A DNA stretch of 64,000 bases from positions 248,001-312,000 of the forward strand of contig CDRNVI010000087.1 of the NCBI GenBank assembly GCA_977017575.1, read 5' to 3'. This document shows positions 58,822 through 64,000 of this stretch, one piece after another. Position numbers and translations under genes: made by a program. Every line of letters starts with the position of its first letter. Position 1 is the stretch's first letter. Below the pieces are notes generated by a model. The model was not told the DNA's origin. It saw only the letters and a program-made list of their open reading frames with translations, and did not search any database. The stretch is from Paramoeba atlantica (taxonomy: Eukaryota; Protista; Discosea).

Positions 58822-60236
58822 CGTTTCTTTTATTTTGTGGACAAAATCTCAATTTCTTTTAAAGATTAGAGTTGTAGTACTGAGAAGAGTGACTCTGGGT
58901 GGGATCTCCTGGTAGCGCCTAGAAGAGCCAAGGACCTTTGTCTTAAATTTTCGTTCTACGCTTCGTTAATATAGCACATTTCGCTTATTAACACACCGAA
59001 ATACAAATATTATATTGTTGTTTATTGTTTTTTTCGTTAATCTTTTTTGCTTCAGTTAGAGGATGCGGCAATCATGTTTTTCATTGAACATTTTTAGCCT
59101 ACAGAACTATCGTTTTTTTTCCTACTCTGGACCACCAGAGCTCCCAAGGGGGGTGACTTATTCGTGTCGATCGGTTTAAATATTTACTAACGATAATACG
59201 CAATGTCTCAATATACAATGTCCACTCTTCTGGAAAATGACCTCACCGAAGAATGTGATACCTCGCTAAAGAAGCGGAAGCACTTGCACGAATCAGAGAT
59301 GAATTTGAGTTCAGCTCCGGGCGATCCTGACAAGCGCTTCATCAGTGTGGAACATCTTCCGTCAGAAATGAAGAAAAATCATTTAACTGATTTAACTGAC
59401 GCCTTCTTTGGTGACGCAAAACGTTTTCATAATTTTCTTCTCCACCTTTTCCCCTCTCAAAACCCATACTGCTCCGTTTACCAAGTAAAGTATTACTTAA
59501 CAAGCAAAGTTGATATATCATAAGGTGTATGATTCCACATCAGTTGTATGATCGTTTTCGTCACCAAATATTTTTAGTCACTTCATCAGGAGGTAGTTTT
59601 CAACGCGAAGCGCGCAGCAGCAGTGATTTCTAAGTTGAAAACGTAAAAGCGACTGAAAAAGAAATTACACTACACATGTGAGCGGTTGCGGATGACGTTA
59701 GCCGTGGCCTATTTGGGCCCGCCGGAAATTGTTGGCCCCCGTATACAAAGTAAAAATTCTTTTTTACCAAATTATGCCCTACTCTCCATCCAGGGACACG
59801 AAACGTGAATTATGTTGTCCCTCAAAGCCGAAAGCAAGGCGCGGTCTTGTATGCCACGACCCGCAGCCCCTCATGTGTACCCAACTTGTTGTACCCTACT
59901 CAAATGATATAGCTGCGGCACAATCTGCCACTTCCTTGGACAAGATTTTAAAAAAATACAAAAATATAAAAAGGCAGGGTTCGCAGAAACTATAAAACTA
60001 TCAATATAGTACTATATAGTTACTATAAACTTTTTTTTAAAAACTATAAGAAACTATATTTTTTGTTTCACATTTTAAGCACTCCGAAGCACACCAACAC
60101 GCCATAAATACACAGAGAATTCATTTGTGTACGATTTTTCTATTTTTAAACCCGAAAATTGATGCCCGAAATAAAAGGTACGAGGGGTAGTTTCTGCAAA
60201 GATTATTTTATTGAAGTGTTGCGCACGGAGGGAAGT

Positions 60237-60385
60237 AAAGAAGCGGTTGAATGTAACTTATGTCAGGAGGGGACGTACCCCAGTCCCATCGTGTGGCCTT
60301 GACAGATGGCCTTATGCGAATCTCACTACATTACTGTCGCCGTGCATTGGCTGGAGCCACCGACGTTATGTCTTGGGACTGAATA
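60237..60385 (+). pseudogene. Possible hAT transposase relic
   Basis: Short frameshifted pieces AVECNLCQ, GLDRW and HYITVAVHW resemble the BED finger and first catalytic motif of hAT elements. Confidence 0.3.
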
Positions 60386-60844
60386 ACCGCGGCTCACAAT
60401 TTTATGAATTTGAATAAATATAATCTTATGAGTTTGAATAAATTACGCGGTGTGTTGTCCGGTGGAAAGTGTGTGTTTACTATCGTCACTCCTTTCGCAT
60501 GCGCTTCACTGCTATTTCAGATTTCTATTTTTCATTGCTATTTTCGAGGAGATAACGCACTAGTCGATGATTTTTTTCGGCGGTGAAACCTCGGGGAAGA
60601 GGAAGCATGTTTCGATAGCTATGTAACCCAGGCTAAAGTGGACAAGAGAGGTTCTAAAAGCATCTTTAAACAACCCCAAAAATGGAATGGTCTCTTCCGG
60701 TTTGTAAAGGATTCCGATGTGACAAAAGAATCTTTAAGGGACACGCCCTTCCATTTTTAGCGTTATTATATATTATAGCGTTATTATATTATAGCGTTAT
60801 TGTCTTCATGAAATGGGTGACAGGCATGAATTTAGGGCTGTTGT

Positions 60845-61020
<176 letters not shown>

Positions 61021-62165
61021 TCTTTTCTTTTTTTCTTATCTTTCAGTGGGTAAAGTGATCTACGTTGATAACGTAGTATATCACTTCTACGCCAAATACT
61101 TCCACCTATCTTCCTCACACTTCGCTCCAATGATATTAGGTATCAGCGAAGCGACGCCGGGCTTGGAACCGGTATCTAGCGTGTTTACGTAGGTGGTGAT
61201 AATGGGCGTATACTTGAGGGGCTGCGGGTGACGTTAACCGCGGTCTCGCGCGCCACGACCCGCAGCCCCTCACTTATATAGGATCTCTACCAAGTGCGAT
61301 ATTCACACAAAATGAAATTCTGCAGAAAATCCAGGCAGCAGAAAACGAGCCAAAGGAGAAATAATAAAATTCGTACGTATACTTGCAGTGTTAGACCTTA
61401 AACGTTAGTTTTCAGGTTTTGCTTATGCCCATGGGGTCGAAGAAGTGGGTTCTACCATTAAAAGAGTCAAAAAAGAGAGGAGAAATCCCAATTTTTGGAC
61501 TTTTTTAAATAAAAATTTGCTCCCAAGAATAGTGTCGGAAAAATAGTCGCAAAACGTCAAGAGCGATTTAGAAGAACATTTAGGCACATGTAAAGCGCAA
61601 AAAGACTGCATTTCACGTTACTTTTTGCACGTTAAAATTACTTTTTCGGACAAAAATGGATCATTTTGACCCCAAATGCAAAGCGCGGGTTCGGTGCGGG
61701 TCCGGCGATGCACACCCGCAGCCCCCCACATTTCAAGATCCAGGCTCGTGATGATGGCAACTCTTGATGTGGGATTTCCCAGGAACTCCGTGTTTCGGGC
61801 ACGCAGGGTGAGTAGGAAACCCGTGATGGTGCATCCCATTTTCGGCGTTCGCACCAAGGGGGATGTTCGCAACACTTCGCCTGTGCTTTATACAGTTGAA
61901 CACCGGACATCGCGTACAAATGGGGCGCAATGGGGTATCACGCCAGAGATCAGGATGACGGAGCCGGGGATCTTGAATTGTCGCCGGGGCGTCTCCCAGT
62001 TGTCCACGTCTGTGCAAGCCCCAAACAGACAAACCCGGGACAGGGTTTATGTTTAACAATATCTCTACACACATCTCTAAATTTTTATGTACAAAAACAT
62101 GTAGAAAATGTTAGAAAATTGTTCAATAAAAAAAAGAGTTCTTTGGCCGGAAGTATAAAGGGAGG

Positions 62166-62662
62166 TACTGATTCTTCGTCTGTATAAAATTTTGTTTTGC
62201 CATGCACTTGTAGTGCAGAGATAAGCCCCAGTGTCTTTACCCGCATACAACGGGTGGATCACGCGAGGGTTCGTCTTCGCCTGTGGTAAGTGGGTGCAGA
62301 GAGATCGGTTGTCATGTGCGGGTGCAGAGAGCTGCGACAGAGCGGAGGTGCAGTGAGCCGGGAGGCTCGTGGGCGGAAGACACGTCTAGTGGTCCTCAAG
62401 GGAGGCCACCGTGACGCATTACCTCCTCGGAAAGGCAGTCACGGGAGAAAGAGAAGCCGAGAGAGGGAAGCACACTCACTCCAGGGGAGTGAGTCGGGAA
62501 GGGGTGAAGGGGTGGTAGCGCGTCCCCTGCTTCAACAATAGAGAGGGACAGTTTCGGCCTTAGTGCCGGCCGGCAACGGGCATAAAAATACAGTAAGAGT
62601 ATGCCCGTTGCCGGGGAAAGAAAGGATGAACTAAGGAAAAAGTACGAACAAGGTACAGAAAC
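62166..62662 (-). mobile_element. SL-headed SINE-like element, copy C (duplicate of A)
   Basis: TSD at 62148..62165 and 62662..62679; SL relic 62647..62662. Confidence 0.8.
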
Positions 62663-62734
62663 GGAAGTATAAAGGGAGGGGAGACAGTACGTTTGAAATT
62701 AGTATGCCTAGAACTTACGGTTTTGTTTTACACT

Positions 62735-63475
62735 ATGTTTTATACCTTTCCAGCTGCGGATGTTCCGGAGTCGCGTGTCATAACTCGCGCAGCCAAAGTG
62801 AGCGCGACGAATCTTCCGCCAGAATACGATCTTGTACGTCTAGTACGTAACATTAAGAATCCACATACCTCGTGGAGTACATCAACCCCGGCTTGCGAGT
62901 GGGATGGCGTGTTTTGTAACAAAGAGGCTGAGATAACGTGGTTTGATTGGCGCTCAAGGAAACTAAGCGGTGGGCTAAGCTTTGGTTATCTACCGAAAAC
63001 ACTGCATACTTTGTACGCTTACGTAAACAAGCTTTCCGGTGAATTGCAATTTGATACGTTTCCTGTTACATGTATGATGCGTACGTTAAGTCTTCGGGAC
63101 AATGAGTTAAGTGGACCATTGGACTTAACAGCTCTTCCTCCAAAATTGAAGACGTTGATACTTTCTGGGAACCAATTTACGGGTGACGTTTGTTTGACGA
63201 AATTACCGTCAGAGCTCATAAATCTTTGTCTTGGTAGGAACAAGCTATCCGGAGAACTTTACCTTAGTGAACTACCGAAGGTCGTTATGCTCCGACTTGA
63301 AAACAATAATTTTTCCGGAAATATTGATCTAACAGGAGTTCCACCTTCATTGGGAGACCTTAATTTGTCCAAGAATGTGAATCTATTTGGCGAAATAGAA
63401 GAGTATCTTCTTTCCGAAAAACTGCGCAAAGGCCTGAAGATTGAAAACACGAACATTACGCTTTTGACCACCTAG
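62735..63475 (+). CDS. LRR protein (intact paralogue of the split gene)
   Basis: Uninterrupted frame, MFYTFPAADVPE...ENTNITLLTT. Confidence 0.88.
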   Translation: MFYTFPAADVPESRVITRAAKVSATNLPPEYDLVRLVRNIKNPHTSWSTSTPACEWDGVFCNKEAEITWFDWRSRKLSGGLSFGYLPKTLHTLYAYVNKLSGELQFDTFPVTCMMRTLSLRDNELSGPLDLTALPPKLKTLILSGNQFTGDVCLTKLPSELINLCLGRNKLSGELYLSELPKVVMLRLENNNFSGNIDLTGVPPSLGDLNLSKNVNLFGEIEEYLLSEKLRKGLKIENTNITLLTT

Positions 63476-63698
63476 TTTCTGTTTTAAAATCATGAAGTAG
63501 ACAGCTCTACAGAGAAGGACGTTATAGAGAGCGGTTGCTTCAGTAAAAAAAAGTTCCTAAACGTGTTATTTTTTTCGGGTTGAGCGTTATAATTTAGAAC
63601 GCTGAACCTGTCGTTTATAATAGAGGACATTCTGGCTTAATATTGCTACGTGTGTCGCGAGTCAAATATTGTGTCATTTTTAGACCACCTACTACTGT

Positions 63699-64000
63699 AT
63701 GTTAACACTTAGTATTCATCTGGCTGATACGCAGCCATTGCGGCTTAAACAACAGAGAAAGGAATCCAACACTGCATTGCCGTTAGGAGGAGATAACACA
63801 TTAGAAGATAAAATACCTGTTGTCCGCACGGGTAAGGTACGAGGATTGGAATTACCACAAGAATATGAACTGACACGACTTATTGCGAATATTGAGAATC
63901 CACGTTCCTCTTGGAATGTTTCAACCGCGGCGTGTGAGTGGAAGGGTGTGACTTGTGATGAACACTCACGCGTCACAAAGATTGATTGGAATCCCCTTAC
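63699..64000 (+). CDS. LRR protein, partial (paralogue of 48181..49026)
   Basis: MLTLSIHLADTQPLRL..., runs off the window. Confidence 0.8.
   Translation, partial: MLTLSIHLADTQPLRLKQQRKESNTALPLGGDNTLEDKIPVVRTGKVRGLELPQEYELTRLIANIENPRSSWNVSTAACEWKGVTCDEHSRVTKIDWNPL

Larger units (their letters stand above)
61994..64000 (+). repeat. Paralogous copy of 41539..~48480 without the retroelement
   Basis: Provides the empty insertion site TTACCGTCA|GAGCTCATAAATC near 63210. Confidence 0.92.

Noticed and set aside
59203-59523. 106-aa ORF as a host gene
   Set aside because: No recognisable motif; it lies among TE-end-like sequences.

Overview
Eukaryotic DNA with no prokaryotic gene organisation. It is most likely from a kinetoplastid/diplonemid-type euglenozoan, inferred from six relics of a spliced-leader (SL)-like sequence (TATAAAGATACAGTTTCTGTACCTTGTTG). 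The window is a cluster of short leucine-rich-repeat (LRR) genes on the + strand (intact, split and pseudogenised, including a 5-copy 2922-bp tandem array) embedded in nested transposons. The transposons are CRE-clade and NeSL/HERO-like restriction-like-endonuclease (RLE) non-LTR retrotransposons, DIRS/VIPER-like RT-RNase H relics, pogo- and Tc1-like DNA transposons, MITEs, an ISL2EU/Harbinger-like fragment and a bacterial-type IS30 transposase. The main observation is a retroposon system. Three divergent RLE elements (one with an intact 1528-aa ORF) and a ~500-bp non-coding SINE-like partner (three copies) all start with a 5'-truncated SL, and all end in the same CTC-TGC(stem-loop)GYA-TGA hairpin with compensatory changes. 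Two SINE copies keep a polypyrimidine-AG acceptor exactly where the third copy is joined to the SL, which looks like a genomic fossil of trans-splicing of retroposon RNA. All family assignments come from motif recognition by eye; no database searches were run.
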